From a virus (lineage: Duplodnaviria; Caudoviricetes), in IMG/VR virus record IMGVR_UViG_3300032280_000753, positions 1-64,000 of that record: DNA of 64,000 nucleotides. One strand, 5' to 3'. The notes beneath the pieces were generated by a model. The model worked only from the letters and a program-made list of their open reading frames with translations, was not told the origin of the DNA and made no database searches. Below, in pieces: positions 36,492 to 47,388 of this stretch. Numbering within the stretch: the stretch's first letter is position 1; every line of letters starts with the position of its first letter. A program made the translations under genes and the position numbers.

Positions 36492-37355
36492 CGTCGGACC
36501 CATCGGAAGGGCAACCTCCTCGAAGTGATCGCAACTTGAACAACGGAATTCAACTTTCATATCTACACCGGGTTCATGTGTATCGATATGTTCACGAAGA
36601 AGTAATGAATCACGAGCTGGCATATATTGAACGAAACGTGAGACAAGGCTCTTGTTATCGTTACCATCAATTGCAACAATTGAACGTAAAAGTCGAGAGG
36701 TGATAAGATTAGAATTTAATAGACCCTTTTTCTTTCTAATCTCAGTCTCATTAACAATCTCTTCTTCTTCTCTACCGGTTAGAAACTTAAATGTTATTGT
36801 CTTCTTGGATACAGGCAAGTTGAAATTGAAAAGATTACCAGCAGGAACAACTGGTTCCAATGTTAAAGGCTTAATTCCAAGTTGATTAAGATCAATCTGT
36901 AAATCATTTTTAAATTCACATGATGGACAGGAATATTGAGGTTCATATATGTTACCATAACCGGTAGCACGTATTGCAATCATTAAAGCGTTTCTATCCC
37001 CAGATAAAAGGCTTTGCACATCTATATCTCTATTGATAAGACAAGATTTGATAAGTTCTGTTATAACGGTTCCACGCTTAATAAGAGCCTGAGACATTAG
37101 AATATCTTCTTCTTTTGCAGTCATTGCACGATATTCAACTGACTCAGCTCCACATAATGGATGTCCTTGTGGATAAACTCTACCTTTTGATGGTAAAGGA
37201 ACGGCATCTACTGGAATCTCAACGCCGAGTTCTTGACGAGCATATTGTTGAGCGGATATTGGTTGACCTTCTCCACCGGTTGCACCAACGTTTTGTGAAG
37301 CCATTTGAGCTGCTAAAATCGCATTATGCAACTCTCTATTATCTGTTTCTGACAT
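36465..37355 (-). CDS. baseplate hub assembly / tail assembly chaperone (T4 gp26-like)
   Basis: VPLPSKG, MTAKEEDIL, GDRNALMIAIR, two CxxC pairs, ends FFWP; SD GGAGG before ATG 37355. Confidence 0.82.
   Translation of the reverse strand: MSETDNRELHNAILAAQMASQNVGATGGEGQPISAQQYARQELGVEIPVDAVPLPSKGRVYPQGHPLCGAESVEYRAMTAKEEDILMSQALIKRGTVITELIKSCLINRDIDVQSLLSGDRNALMIAIRATGYGNIYEPQYSCPSCEFKNDLQIDLNQLGIKPLTLEPVVPAGNLFNFNLPVSKKTITFKFLTGREEEEIVNETEIRKKKGLLNSNLITSRLLRSIVAIDGNDNKSLVSRFVQYMPARDSLLLREHIDTHEPGVDMKVEFRCSSCDHFEEVALPMGPTFFWPNFKR
36485..36491 (-). other. putative programmed ribosomal frameshift site (T7 run)
   Basis: ACG TTT TTT TGG in frame 0 versus TTT TTT GGC in the +1 frame. Confidence 0.62.
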
Positions 37356-37429
37356 TATTTCTTCCTCCAATTGATATAACTCTTCAATTGTATAATGACA
37401 GCTTAGTTTGTATAAATCAGTTTATCTAA

Positions 37430-37789
37430 TCAAAGTTCTTTTAAGATATGATGAATATATTCTTTTATTAAAGACATATCGTTAATATCTTTTTGTCCAG
37501 CTCTTATAACGTCTAAATAATATTGTTTTATCTTCGCACGTTCTTCATCACGAGTTAACTTCGCATCAAAGAAGATGTTAATAACCATATCAGGAACCGG
37601 GCTATAACCCTTTTTACGGCTTTCTATTTGCTTCAACCTCTGTAGGTAGCGCCAAGTTTTAATGGGCTCAAAATCCTTTTTAGAGGCTTTTATAATGAGC
37701 TTTGCAATCTTTTGAGCGTCTGTGAATAACCGAGGATATCCTTTACGAATACGCTCATATTGTTTCATTGATTGTTCTATCATATCCAT
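37430..37789 (-). CDS. hypothetical protein
   Basis: 119 aa, preceded by TATTTA-6nt-ATG. Confidence 0.65.
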   Translation of the reverse strand: MDMIEQSMKQYERIRKGYPRLFTDAQKIAKLIIKASKKDFEPIKTWRYLQRLKQIESRKKGYSPVPDMVINIFFDAKLTRDEERAKIKQYYLDVIRAGQKDINDMSLIKEYIHHILKEL

Positions 37790-37800
37790 ATGCTATAAAT

Positions 37801-37833
37801 AGAAAAACCCAGGAGAACTCTCCCAGGTTTTCT
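37801..37833 (-). terminator. terminator after tail tube gene
   Basis: AACCUGGGAG-AGUU-CUCCUGGGUU followed by U-run. Confidence 0.7.
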
Positions 37834-37857
37834 ACGAAAGGATAACTGTATTTGTAA

Positions 37858-38346
37858 TCAGAATTGAAGAACGCAGTTATCGAAGCGAATAGAAAGCTGA
37901 ATATCTGCTGGGTCGTTACCATCATAAGCCATTTCACCGAAATTGGCAGATTTACACCAAGCACCCTTAACGTCCCAAAGCTGAACTACCGTTCCAACAG
38001 GATCAAGCATCTTGATTTGAATGTCACGCTTATAGAAATCGGCATAACCTGCACGACCAGAAACGCTTTCAAAGCACGTGCGGATCCATTCCATTACTTG
38101 TTGAGCACCAGATGGAGCAATTGGGTCATAAAGCGTAACGCTCATTTCTCCCCATGTGCCCTTACCAGCGAGGTAACGTGTGCTATTGATCCATGGAATA
38201 GTAACTTCATCAAATGTCATTTGTGGACGTGCAGCAGACTTGATTAAGAATGCATCTACTCCTTCAATAGCAAATACGAACCGTCTTTTAATAAGTGGTT
38301 CAAACTTTGTTGGTAACATATCTGTTACTGATAGTGTGTCGGCCAT
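37858..38346 (-). CDS. tail tube protein (T4 gp19-like)
   Basis: FEP...RF, YLAGKGTW, LYDPI, YKRDIQIKMLDPVG...W...GAW. Confidence 0.9.
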   Translation of the reverse strand: MADTLSVTDMLPTKFEPLIKRRFVFAIEGVDAFLIKSAARPQMTFDEVTIPWINSTRYLAGKGTWGEMSVTLYDPIAPSGAQQVMEWIRTCFESVSGRAGYADFYKRDIQIKMLDPVGTVVQLWDVKGAWCKSANFGEMAYDGNDPADIQLSIRFDNCVLQF

Positions 38347-38403
38347 AATCTTTTACCCTTTTTCTTAATAATAAATATATTTGAAATCTGATTTTCTTAA
38401 ACT

Positions 38404-39147
38404 TCAGCTACGTTTTCTGTCTTCGCCAACTTGTTTGTCAGTTAATCCATGGCGCAACATCGCAAGATCACTTGCTTCAATCTCACCATCATCGTCTAAA
38501 TCAAGCTTATCTTGGTCGCCATGAAGTTCTTCTTCCAACCAGGCTTCTAATAAAGCTTCTGCATGACGATTAAAGCGTTCTGCTACCACAGCAGCGCCAG
38601 ATGGTGAAGGAGCTCCTCCGGGACCACTTGGCATTCCTACGGCTACTTGTGTTCCAGGTCCAGAACCGCCAACAGAAGGAGATGATGTGTCACCTTCTTC
38701 AATCACATCTTCTTGTCCTGGACCGAGAATAACAACTTTAGCTACCGGCTCATCATGATGAGTTCTCATGCTTGGTCCTTCAACTTCCCAAGAACCACAT
38801 TCTTCCATTTCATATCCGCATTCTTTCAAATCACGAACATGTTCTTCTGTAAGAATACCATGATTTGTATATATCATTCTTATTTTGTTCTCTGGTAGAA
38901 AATCCCGATCACTTAATGACTTTTCACCATGACGAGATGGTTTTGGATTAGAAAATCCTTGTTCTACTGAAGCGCCTTGTCTGCGACGGGCTGCGAGTTC
39001 TTCTGGCGAGATACCTTTTAAAAGATCACGACTATGTGGATGATTTAATGGATTATTTGTATTTTCTGGATCATCTGGATCCATGAATATACTTTCTTCT
39101 ACAGTTTCACGAATTAAACGTTTAAGTTGTTCTAATGTAATTTTCAT
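38404..39147 (-). CDS. acidic prohead-core-like protein with MKITLEQLKRLIRE leader
   Basis: Shared leader; EF-hand/dockerin-like DLDDDGEIEASDLAMLR near the C-terminus. Confidence 0.65.
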   Translation of the reverse strand: MKITLEQLKRLIRETVEESIFMDPDDPENTNNPLNHPHSRDLLKGISPEELAARRRQGASVEQGFSNPKPSRHGEKSLSDRDFLPENKIRMIYTNHGILTEEHVRDLKECGYEMEECGSWEVEGPSMRTHHDEPVAKVVILGPGQEDVIEEGDTSSPSVGGSGPGTQVAVGMPSGPGGAPSPSGAAVVAERFNRHAEALLEAWLEEELHGDQDKLDLDDDGEIEASDLAMLRHGLTDKQVGEDRKRS

Positions 39148-39171
39148 TTTATATGCCTATTAGATAATATA

Positions 39172-42156
39172 TCAACCTTGACCGAAGTTGCTTGGGTTGT
39201 TGATTACGAAGTCTACAGACAAGAACTCGAGGGTGCGTGTTGGTTGTAAGTAAATCTTACCACGGATCGTCTTGTTCTCAAAGTCTGCTTCAGTTGTTGT
39301 AGATGTATCGATACGAACAAGGAAACGATCAACACCACGTTGATTTTGAACTCTTTGTAGGATTGGGTTAACCAACTGTGAGAAACGTGCGAGCGTCTCT
39401 GGTAGAGTTTGTTCGAAGAGAATTCTGTTCGAAACTTGACGAACTTGTCTACGGATGGAGAGAAGTAGACGACGAACGTTTACACGATCAAGAGCTGATT
39501 GTTGTGCATACATTGTCTTCTGACCCCAGATTACCAATCCTTCAGATCCTGCAAAGGATACGATTGGATTGATATCAACTTCATAGAGATCATCCATGTT
39601 TGTTCTGGATAGTTGTAGAGTTGAACGCTCCGTTGTTGCAAGAGCGCCTCTTGCAAAGCCGGCTGGAGCAAACCATGGGAATGCTACCGAGTCATTGAAA
39701 GAATAAGCTCCAAGAGCAACAACGGAAGATGGAACTTCACGAAGAGTATTAGAGATGCCGTCTTGCATTATTACATCTGGGAAGTAACAAGCTCCGAAAG
39801 AGCTGTTAATGCCACGATCACGGAAATTAAGAGCAGTATATCTTACAGACTCAACCTGATTACTGCTTGTGATAAGCATATTAACTGTATCATATTTTTC
39901 TATATCCATGATATAGATGGCATCAAATCTACCTTCAGCGATTTGCAAAGCTCTATCCGTAATAACTGGATTACGAATACCAGGAACGATGAATGCTTGA
40001 ACATCAATTTCAGTTGCATCAGCTATCAAATCAAGTGCAGTATTGTATGCTATTACAGTTGGTCCCAATTGTAGAAGTCTTGAAGTGTAATCAAGTTCTT
40101 CATTGATTGCTTTGTTTGTCAAATAACGTTCATCATAGTTGAAGATATTAACACCATCAAATCCGCCTTGGATGAAAAGATTGAACTTGGCAAGTTGTCG
40201 TGTTGATGGGTCAGAAAGATCTGCTACTGTCAATGCTCTTGTTGTAACAGTTGGAGTTATCGCTCCATTTCTTACATAGCTCCAATCTACTACTTGCGTA
40301 GTATCAGCCAATCCAGTCGTTGAGTTTATTACGATCTCAACATTCTCAAGAGAGAAGCCGTTGTTATTGAAACGGTCAGCATCAAGAATTCCGTTTGCTG
40401 CCGTATCAAGAACTCCTTCATTGTCCATGACTACGAAGTTAACGCTGTCTTGTTGGAAGTCTGGGAAGTAAGCTGCAAAGCTTTCAACGCTGGTTTCACG
40501 AATTGTGCTTGCATTTGGTTGAAGAGCGTTTATTTTACGTTCAAATTGAACGCCCCAATATAGTCCCTTGTCTGCTACTGTATTTGGAGACTCGCCTCTA
40601 ACCAAGTTCTCACGTAATGGAACTGGGATTTGAACAGTCTTTTGGAATGGATTTGCGACTGTATAACCAGTTGGACCAACTGCGCTGAACGCCGCAAGAG
40701 GAGCAGAACCAGATGTTACTAAGTGGGCTGGACCACGGAAACCAACTGGGAGAGCCGTTGCATCAACATCCGATGCATCTACTGCATCAGCAACCTCTAC
40801 ACGAATGTATTTTGAGTTATTCGTATAGTTTCCAAGAGTGATTAATCTTGCATCTCCATCATTTGCATCAAAGTTATAGAAAGTATTATAATCACCAATA
40901 ACACGAGCAATATAGTTTGGAGATGTTGAATCAAGTGATAATCCACGATATGCTTCAAGAACAACTTTCTTTTTATCATTATCTGCAAAATCTCTTACAA
41001 GAAGATCAAATGTTCCATAAAGATTTACGTCAGAAAGGCTTGGCGCAATGTTTTCAATTGAGATTTTAACTTTATTGTTTGCATATATACCGTCATCCAA
41101 AGAGTGAATGCGGAAAAGATTAACTGGTTTGCCGCCGAACTTTTGAGATATAATCCATGGACTCTTTGGTGAACGATAACGGTCTTCAAAGTTTTCATAG
41201 TTTGGAGCCGTTGTTGTTCCAGTATTTCTTGCTTGAGAACCGGTAATAAGGAATGCAACGTTTTCATAACCAGATGTTCTAAGTGCCAATACTTCGGTAG
41301 AACCGCTAATAACGTTAGCTCCAGTTACAACTGCATATGATGGGTGGATAACCCAATCAGTTTGTAACATATAACCAGCCTGTTCAAGCTTAAGCGGATC
41401 TCTATTCATTATGTTTCCGAAATAATTTGGAGCATCAATATCAAAAGAAGCCGTTATAACATTTCTATACATCGGATCCGTATTGGTTTGACCGGATACG
41501 AACATGACGAATTCTTCAAGAGAGTTTCGAAGATTGACAGAGCCTGTTACGTGACCGGCTGGTGCTACGCCCCCGCCAAATGAAGAAGATAATAATAGTT
41601 GAGTTCCAGAGGCAGCAAACAATACACCACGAACAACTGGGACACCAGCAGCAGATAAACCTGAATCTGTAAATATCGAAGAACTAACAACGGGATTTAC
41701 ACCAAGCAATTCATATTGGCTCATGAATGCGCCAAGGAAATATGTTCTGCCGAGGGGATTACCAACAGTAGCATAAGGATTGTTACCAAGAGCGCCTGCC
41801 CCTTCCGGAAGTTGTTCGCCAACTACGTAGCCACCGCCAGCAACCCTTCCACGAGGAGAATTGACCTGCCGGGCGGCGCCGGAACCCGCACCAAGAACAC
41901 GGATAAACGTTGCAGCTTGAGCGTTTCTTAACCATTCAGAAACAGCTAATGGACCAACATATATGTCATTAGTTGTTTCTCCGAATGTTGCTATAAAATC
42001 GTTTGTAGTGGCTAAGGTTACAGGAACGAAAGCTGGACCAGCGATTGCCGTGCCGATTATACCTGCTGGTATACCGGATGGTTGTATTGCTGTTGGTCCT
42101 GTTAGATCGATTGTTCTGGCTGAAACACCGGCTGATTTGAATGATATCTGTGTCAT
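39172..42156 (-). CDS. tail sheath protein, paralog 2 (gp18-like)
   Basis: SAGVSARTIDLT, GPAFVP, PWFAPAGFARG, INPI, WGQKT, RVNVRRLL, IYLQPTRTLEF. Confidence 0.92.
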   Translation of the reverse strand: MTQISFKSAGVSARTIDLTGPTAIQPSGIPAGIIGTAIAGPAFVPVTLATTNDFIATFGETTNDIYVGPLAVSEWLRNAQAATFIRVLGAGSGAARQVNSPRGRVAGGGYVVGEQLPEGAGALGNNPYATVGNPLGRTYFLGAFMSQYELLGVNPVVSSSIFTDSGLSAAGVPVVRGVLFAASGTQLLLSSSFGGGVAPAGHVTGSVNLRNSLEEFVMFVSGQTNTDPMYRNVITASFDIDAPNYFGNIMNRDPLKLEQAGYMLQTDWVIHPSYAVVTGANVISGSTEVLALRTSGYENVAFLITGSQARNTGTTTAPNYENFEDRYRSPKSPWIISQKFGGKPVNLFRIHSLDDGIYANNKVKISIENIAPSLSDVNLYGTFDLLVRDFADNDKKKVVLEAYRGLSLDSTSPNYIARVIGDYNTFYNFDANDGDARLITLGNYTNNSKYIRVEVADAVDASDVDATALPVGFRGPAHLVTSGSAPLAAFSAVGPTGYTVANPFQKTVQIPVPLRENLVRGESPNTVADKGLYWGVQFERKINALQPNASTIRETSVESFAAYFPDFQQDSVNFVVMDNEGVLDTAANGILDADRFNNNGFSLENVEIVINSTTGLADTTQVVDWSYVRNGAITPTVTTRALTVADLSDPSTRQLAKFNLFIQGGFDGVNIFNYDERYLTNKAINEELDYTSRLLQLGPTVIAYNTALDLIADATEIDVQAFIVPGIRNPVITDRALQIAEGRFDAIYIMDIEKYDTVNMLITSSNQVESVRYTALNFRDRGINSSFGACYFPDVIMQDGISNTLREVPSSVVALGAYSFNDSVAFPWFAPAGFARGALATTERSTLQLSRTNMDDLYEVDINPIVSFAGSEGLVIWGQKTMYAQQSALDRVNVRRLLLSIRRQVRQVSNRILFEQTLPETLARFSQLVNPILQRVQNQRGVDRFLVRIDTSTTTEADFENKTIRGKIYLQPTRTLEFLSVDFVINNPSNFGQG

Positions 42157-42205
42157 TGTTGTTGTGCCTTTTCTATATTAAACTCTCTTGTATTAACTAT
42201 TATTA

Positions 42206-45200
42206 TCAGCCGAATTGAACGCCTGCTCTGGTGATAATAAAGTCAACTGCGATAAACTCAACTGCCTTAACTGGTAGTAAGTAAATCTTAGCATTCATTC
42301 TATTGTTCTCACGATCAAGTTCTGTGTTATTAGTTGCATCACATACAACCTTGAACTGTCTCAAACCACCTCTGGATTGGACCAAAGCTAATACTGGAGA
42401 AACTTTAGCAACGAAATCTTGATAAAGAGCTGGGGTTAGTTGCTCCCAGATTAATCTATTTCCAATATCGATAACTTGACGTTGAACATCCATAACCATG
42501 CGCTGAACGTTAATGCTCTCAAGAGAAGACTTCTCAGCATTAAGCGTCTTTTGTGCAAAGATTACGTAACCTTCATTTGGGAACTTGACGATTGGATTAA
42601 TTCTTACTTGATATAGCTTCTCACGTTCATTCTGATTTACTCTTGTTCTTGTAAGAGATACGAAGTTGAGTGCAGCACGGTTAAATCCGGCTGGAGCGAA
42701 CCATGGATAAGCGACCTTATCATTATAAGCAATTGCAGCAAGAGAAGCAACAGAAGATGGAACCGTAATTCTTTTCCCGCTTGCTGGATCTGTCATGACA
42801 ACATCTGGGAAATATGCGGCAACGAAATCATTGTTTATTGCACGGCTGTCAAATTGATCTGCCGTATTTTGAACGTTAATGTAACTTCCAGTTCCAGTTG
42901 TTGTTCCATCAAATATTCTATCACCATCAGAGTTGTAATTTGGAATATCCATAGAATATAGAGCTAAACCAAATCCAGCAGCGGCATCAGAAGCATAATC
43001 AGTTACAAATGGTTCACGTTGACCTGGGATTGCCAATAGATTTATATTTGAAGCAATTGGATCTGTAATAATAGTTGTAGCTACTTTGTAAGAATATATT
43101 TGGTTATTTGCAAATCCAACTCCATTTTGATTGAAATTAAATCCTGGGCTATCATAATTCGCATTTGCACCGCCATAACCGCCAATGCCATTTTCTGTTG
43201 AAGTAGAACGATCATCAAAATTTTGTGCGTGTGGGTCAAGAAGATTTACACCGTCAAATCCACCATACATGAATACTGTGTATTTGGCAAAGTTATTAAA
43301 TCTATTGAATTGGATTGGTTGCGTGCCGCTATGAACAAGACTTGCAAAAGTAAGTTGACTGCCAGAAACACAACTTCCGGTTACTGTATAGTCAGAAGGA
43401 TTAACTACTCCATTACGAACATATACAGCATTCTTCATTTGAGTTCCAACAGATGATGTAAGGAATGCAAATCCAGTTGTTCCAAGAGCTACTCTTGCAA
43501 GAGTAAACTTATTATCATTAAAATCGTCCGTTGAAGAACCGGTCACAAGAACGTCAAGCTTTTCAATGCCAGCAAATCTTGTGAAGGATGGAATGATGTT
43601 GTTAAGCTCACCGTTAATATTAGTATTAAGAACGTTATTGTTGTTACGTTCAAACTTAACGCCCCAATATAGTCTTCCATCTGTAATCTCTTGTGCCCCT
43701 GGTAGAGTTACAAGACCACTTCCAGTAACAGCGCCTCGTGTTACTCTGAAACGGTATGGGATTGGTGGAACTATTGCACCATTAAGACCAAACGTATTAG
43801 CAGAACCGCTTCCTGCAAGACGAATGTCTGTTGCCGTTGAAGAACTTACATCTGTTAATAATGGATTTGTATTTAATAGTTGCGGACCTCGGAAACCGAA
43901 TGGTAGCACGGTTCCAGGAACCATCTTTTGTTCTACCATCTCATTCATAACTACACGAATGTAGTTTGACATATTTGGATATTTGCCAGAACGAATGATG
44001 CGTCGATCATTTGGATCTTCTACGTCAAAGTTATAATATGCCTTTGCATCGCCAATAACTTTGGCGATATATTTGTCACTTTCTGGATCAAGGGTAAGAT
44101 CATTGAATTGCTCAATAACAGCTTGATTATAATCCGTATCTCCAAATTGACGAACCGTTAATGTGAATGAACCATATGGATTTGTTGGATTGGTAGAGGC
44201 AATAATATTTTGAATAGAGATTTTAATCTTATCGTTAGAGTAAACGCCATCATCAATGGCTTCAATGTGGAATAGATTATATTCTGTTGAACCATATGGT
44301 TGAGAAATGAAGCTTGGTGTTTTTGGCGTTTTAAAACGTGTGTCAAAACGTCCAAAGAGCTCAATGAATCGAGTTGAAGACAAACCTGATGTAGCAGAAG
44401 TATTGCCAGAACCAGAAGCGATTAGAACGCCAGATACCGTATTTTGAATGACTGTTGCAACTTCATCGTCTACTGCAAAATCTGCATAAACATAATGTTG
44501 TTCTTGTTCAAACTTTGCTGGATCTGTGTTAAGAAGCTTTGCAAAGTAGAGATCGGATGTTGGATTGAAGGAAGCAGATAGAATTCTAATCCCGGCTAAT
44601 CCATCTGCGCTTCCAAAGGTTGAACCAAGAGAAGTAGAGATTACAATCTTGAAATATGGTTCTTCACTGTCTGCTGGAGTAGAATAAACGGCAACGTCAT
44701 CAAGAAGTGGGTTAAACGTTTCGCCAGAACCAGACATGATCATAATCCGGGAACCAGATGCTGCAAATATTACACCACGAATAAGATTAACAAATCCAGA
44801 ACCATCGGCGGCGTCGGCAAAGCTATCATTATCAGTAAACATTGGGAAACCAATGCCTTGATTTGCTTGTAGTTGATGGCGTGCTGCCAAGAACTGCACC
44901 GCACCATGCGCCCGAGCACCTGTATTTGTTGCAACCGTGCCGCTTAATTTAAATCCGGCGCTTTTAACAATGCCAGCCGTATCTGTTGCAGATATATCAG
45001 CAGCAGTTACATTTGCGCCAGCTCCCAATACTCTTACGAATGTAAGCGCATTCCGGTTTTGTAAAAATTTATCTGCCGCATATGGGGCTGGTAACTTTGG
45101 ATCATAGCCACCAAACTTCGTTACGAAATCATTAAATGATCCAAGTGTGTATGGAACGAACGCCGGTCCTTTTTGGACTGCGCCAATTAAACCTGCTGGT

Positions 45201-45283
45201 ATACCAACAGGTCCGGCGGTTCGTGCGGTTAGATCGATTTCACGATCAAAAAAGCCTGGGAAATTAAAAAGTTGTTGCGGCAT
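42206..45283 (-). CDS. tail sheath protein, paralog 1 (gp18-like)
   Basis: FPGFFDREIDLT, GPAFVP, PWFAPAGFNR, INPIV, AQKTL, IYLLPVKAVEFI. Confidence 0.92.
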   Translation of the reverse strand: MPQQLFNFPGFFDREIDLTARTAGPVGIPAGLIGAVQKGPAFVPYTLGSFNDFVTKFGGYDPKLPAPYAADKFLQNRNALTFVRVLGAGANVTAADISATDTAGIVKSAGFKLSGTVATNTGARAHGAVQFLAARHQLQANQGIGFPMFTDNDSFADAADGSGFVNLIRGVIFAASGSRIMIMSGSGETFNPLLDDVAVYSTPADSEEPYFKIVISTSLGSTFGSADGLAGIRILSASFNPTSDLYFAKLLNTDPAKFEQEQHYVYADFAVDDEVATVIQNTVSGVLIASGSGNTSATSGLSSTRFIELFGRFDTRFKTPKTPSFISQPYGSTEYNLFHIEAIDDGVYSNDKIKISIQNIIASTNPTNPYGSFTLTVRQFGDTDYNQAVIEQFNDLTLDPESDKYIAKVIGDAKAYYNFDVEDPNDRRIIRSGKYPNMSNYIRVVMNEMVEQKMVPGTVLPFGFRGPQLLNTNPLLTDVSSSTATDIRLAGSGSANTFGLNGAIVPPIPYRFRVTRGAVTGSGLVTLPGAQEITDGRLYWGVKFERNNNNVLNTNINGELNNIIPSFTRFAGIEKLDVLVTGSSTDDFNDNKFTLARVALGTTGFAFLTSSVGTQMKNAVYVRNGVVNPSDYTVTGSCVSGSQLTFASLVHSGTQPIQFNRFNNFAKYTVFMYGGFDGVNLLDPHAQNFDDRSTSTENGIGGYGGANANYDSPGFNFNQNGVGFANNQIYSYKVATTIITDPIASNINLLAIPGQREPFVTDYASDAAAGFGLALYSMDIPNYNSDGDRIFDGTTTGTGSYINVQNTADQFDSRAINNDFVAAYFPDVVMTDPASGKRITVPSSVASLAAIAYNDKVAYPWFAPAGFNRAALNFVSLTRTRVNQNEREKLYQVRINPIVKFPNEGYVIFAQKTLNAEKSSLESINVQRMVMDVQRQVIDIGNRLIWEQLTPALYQDFVAKVSPVLALVQSRGGLRQFKVVCDATNNTELDRENNRMNAKIYLLPVKAVEFIAVDFIITRAGVQFG

Positions 45284-45366
45284 TGATTTTATCCTTCTTA
45301 TCTTAGATACGAGCTTTTTGCCTTTTTCTTTTTCTAATTAGGGGCATCTGCTCTACTATTTCCTGT

Positions 45367-46599
45367 TTATTTGGATGATATTAAATATTCTTCCAAGGTT
45401 TCAATATCTGAGGCGGCGAAAACAGTCTCCCCCTTCTTTTGATTGGTATCTAAGATAGATACGTATTTCTTTCTTTTCTTTCCTGTTGATGCATCAAATA
45501 TTGTTTTATTGACCATAAACTTCTGTTTTGTTGTAGGAGTTTGTTTTGTTACGGGGTCCATATCGATATCTGTTAATGTAAAACCGTCATTAGGAGTATC
45601 TTTGATTGGAGGTCTTTCCAAAACGTCTTTTGGTTGTATATCTCCAGCAATACTCATATCAAATACGATGTTTGGACAACTAATCCAACGTCTTACAGGA
45701 ACAGCATTTGTAGGCGCTTGAGCAGCCAATAAATAACCTTTAACGTTAATATTAAAGGTATATTTTATAAGACGCTCCTCACCTTCAAACTGATCGATGT
45801 TTTCTCCATTGGAGAAACTGTCTTCTGTGTATGCAAGAAACCAATAACCTTTATCGGTTTCTAATTTATGCCCTCTAAACTGTGGAAGAAAAGAGGTCAT
45901 ATATGTTTGAATAAGATATGTCATGTGTTGGGTATAATTCGTCCAAAACACAACTTCATACTTCGCAGTAAAAAACTGTGGCTGCGGAATTGTTATTATC
46001 TCATATATGTTATTTGCAGATAGTCTATTTTGTAACAATCCACCTTGAACAACTTCCAATTCATTTTTATCATCGCCGGTAGGTCTATTAGAAGTTGGTA
46101 ATCTAGAAAGAACGCTTTGTAAGTTCTTTAATCCTTGTTTGTTAACAAGGTTTTGATAATCTCTATCTTCTGGAGCTAATTTTCTTTTTATTGTTATAAC
46201 CCCGGTATATTGGTTCATGCCTCTACCGGTAATATCATCAGGAGCTTGTTCTATAGCGGTCCTACGAATGGATATAGCTGGAAGAATAAGGACTTTATTT
46301 TTATCTCTTGGTGGTTTAAGACGTTTTGCAAGAGCAAATCTTTCACCGGTAGCAAAGATAACATATGGTTTCTTTACATTTTGCGGACCTTTTGCGGCGC
46401 TCACCATGAAAGTATTAAAACCAATAGTCTTATCAAATAAACGATGAATGGCAAAATCGATATCTTCTATACCAACTGGAGGGATAGTGAAATCTAAGCT
46501 TGGCTGGTTTTCATAACCACTATCAAGATGATCTTTAGGATTTCTTGGGTCTTGTGGTATGTTCTGTCTTGTGACATTCTCTTTTGGGTCAACAGCCAT
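45367..46599 (-). CDS. tail completion / sheath terminator protein (gp15-like)
   Basis: IEDID...PYVIFATGERFA...ILPAISIRR...YEVVFWT...INVKGYLL; lies between neck and sheath genes. Confidence 0.65.
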   Translation of the reverse strand: MAVDPKENVTRQNIPQDPRNPKDHLDSGYENQPSLDFTIPPVGIEDIDFAIHRLFDKTIGFNTFMVSAAKGPQNVKKPYVIFATGERFALAKRLKPPRDKNKVLILPAISIRRTAIEQAPDDITGRGMNQYTGVITIKRKLAPEDRDYQNLVNKQGLKNLQSVLSRLPTSNRPTGDDKNELEVVQGGLLQNRLSANNIYEIITIPQPQFFTAKYEVVFWTNYTQHMTYLIQTYMTSFLPQFRGHKLETDKGYWFLAYTEDSFSNGENIDQFEGEERLIKYTFNINVKGYLLAAQAPTNAVPVRRWISCPNIVFDMSIAGDIQPKDVLERPPIKDTPNDGFTLTDIDMDPVTKQTPTTKQKFMVNKTIFDASTGKKRKKYVSILDTNQKKGETVFAASDIETLEEYLISSK

Positions 46600-46610
46600 A
46601 TATCTAAGTA

Positions 46611-47351
46611 TCAGTCTTCGTTATAGATATCTGTTGGTTCTACGTAAGTTGGACTATTATTATCAAAAGAACTTGCTTCCTCTGGTTTATGTGTAGGATC
46701 TGGATCCGCATCTATATTAATAATACGAGCGCCTTCGTCTAATGCTATTGGAGCCATATCTTCTGCCAATCTATTACGCATCTGACGTTTGTCCAACGTT
46801 TCTCCTTCAATGTTCTCCGTAAGACCACGTTGTTGTTGCCAAACCTTAGTAACATTACTATCAATATACTTAACGCCTTGATCTTTAAGCATTTGTTTAA
46901 AGACGTTAACATCAAATTGACCTTTTCGTGCTACTTTGCCTTCTAACTTATAACCGGTTGTATATTCTACTTGACCGTATATGTTGTTTATAGGCACGAA
47001 AGTAACTAACTCATATAGTTGGTCGCCATAAAGGAAGAAGTCGCCTTCATTAAGGTTATAGCCCTTGTCTAAGAGGTCACGGGCTTGAACAAACAACTCA
47101 AACTTATTGACTTGCTCATTACCAAATTGGTTCCATTTAGTTTCCCAGTTGGGTTGTCCAGCCATAACATCTAAACGAATTGGATTTTCAAATATCTTCT
47201 CAATTGCTTCTTCATATATTGGATGAATTTGGGTCTTCATCGTAGAAATAGGATAATAAATTATCTGTTGCCCAATTACGTCTTTTACCAATTCCTTGGT
47301 AATGTCATTGATAAACTGGATCTCTCGGCTTGTTATGAATAACCTTGACAT
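46611..47351 (-). CDS. neck / head-closure protein (gp14-like)
   Basis: ELVKDVIGQQIIYY...IYEEA...EGDFFLYG...YE; position next to gp13. Confidence 0.7.
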   Translation of the reverse strand: MSRLFITSREIQFINDITKELVKDVIGQQIIYYPISTMKTQIHPIYEEAIEKIFENPIRLDVMAGQPNWETKWNQFGNEQVNKFELFVQARDLLDKGYNLNEGDFFLYGDQLYELVTFVPINNIYGQVEYTTGYKLEGKVARKGQFDVNVFKQMLKDQGVKYIDSNVTKVWQQQRGLTENIEGETLDKRQMRNRLAEDMAPIALDEGARIINIDADPDPTHKPEEASSFDNNSPTYVEPTDIYNED

Positions 47352-47388
47352 ATAGATAAATAGGGCAACCTGACATTATAATGTAATT

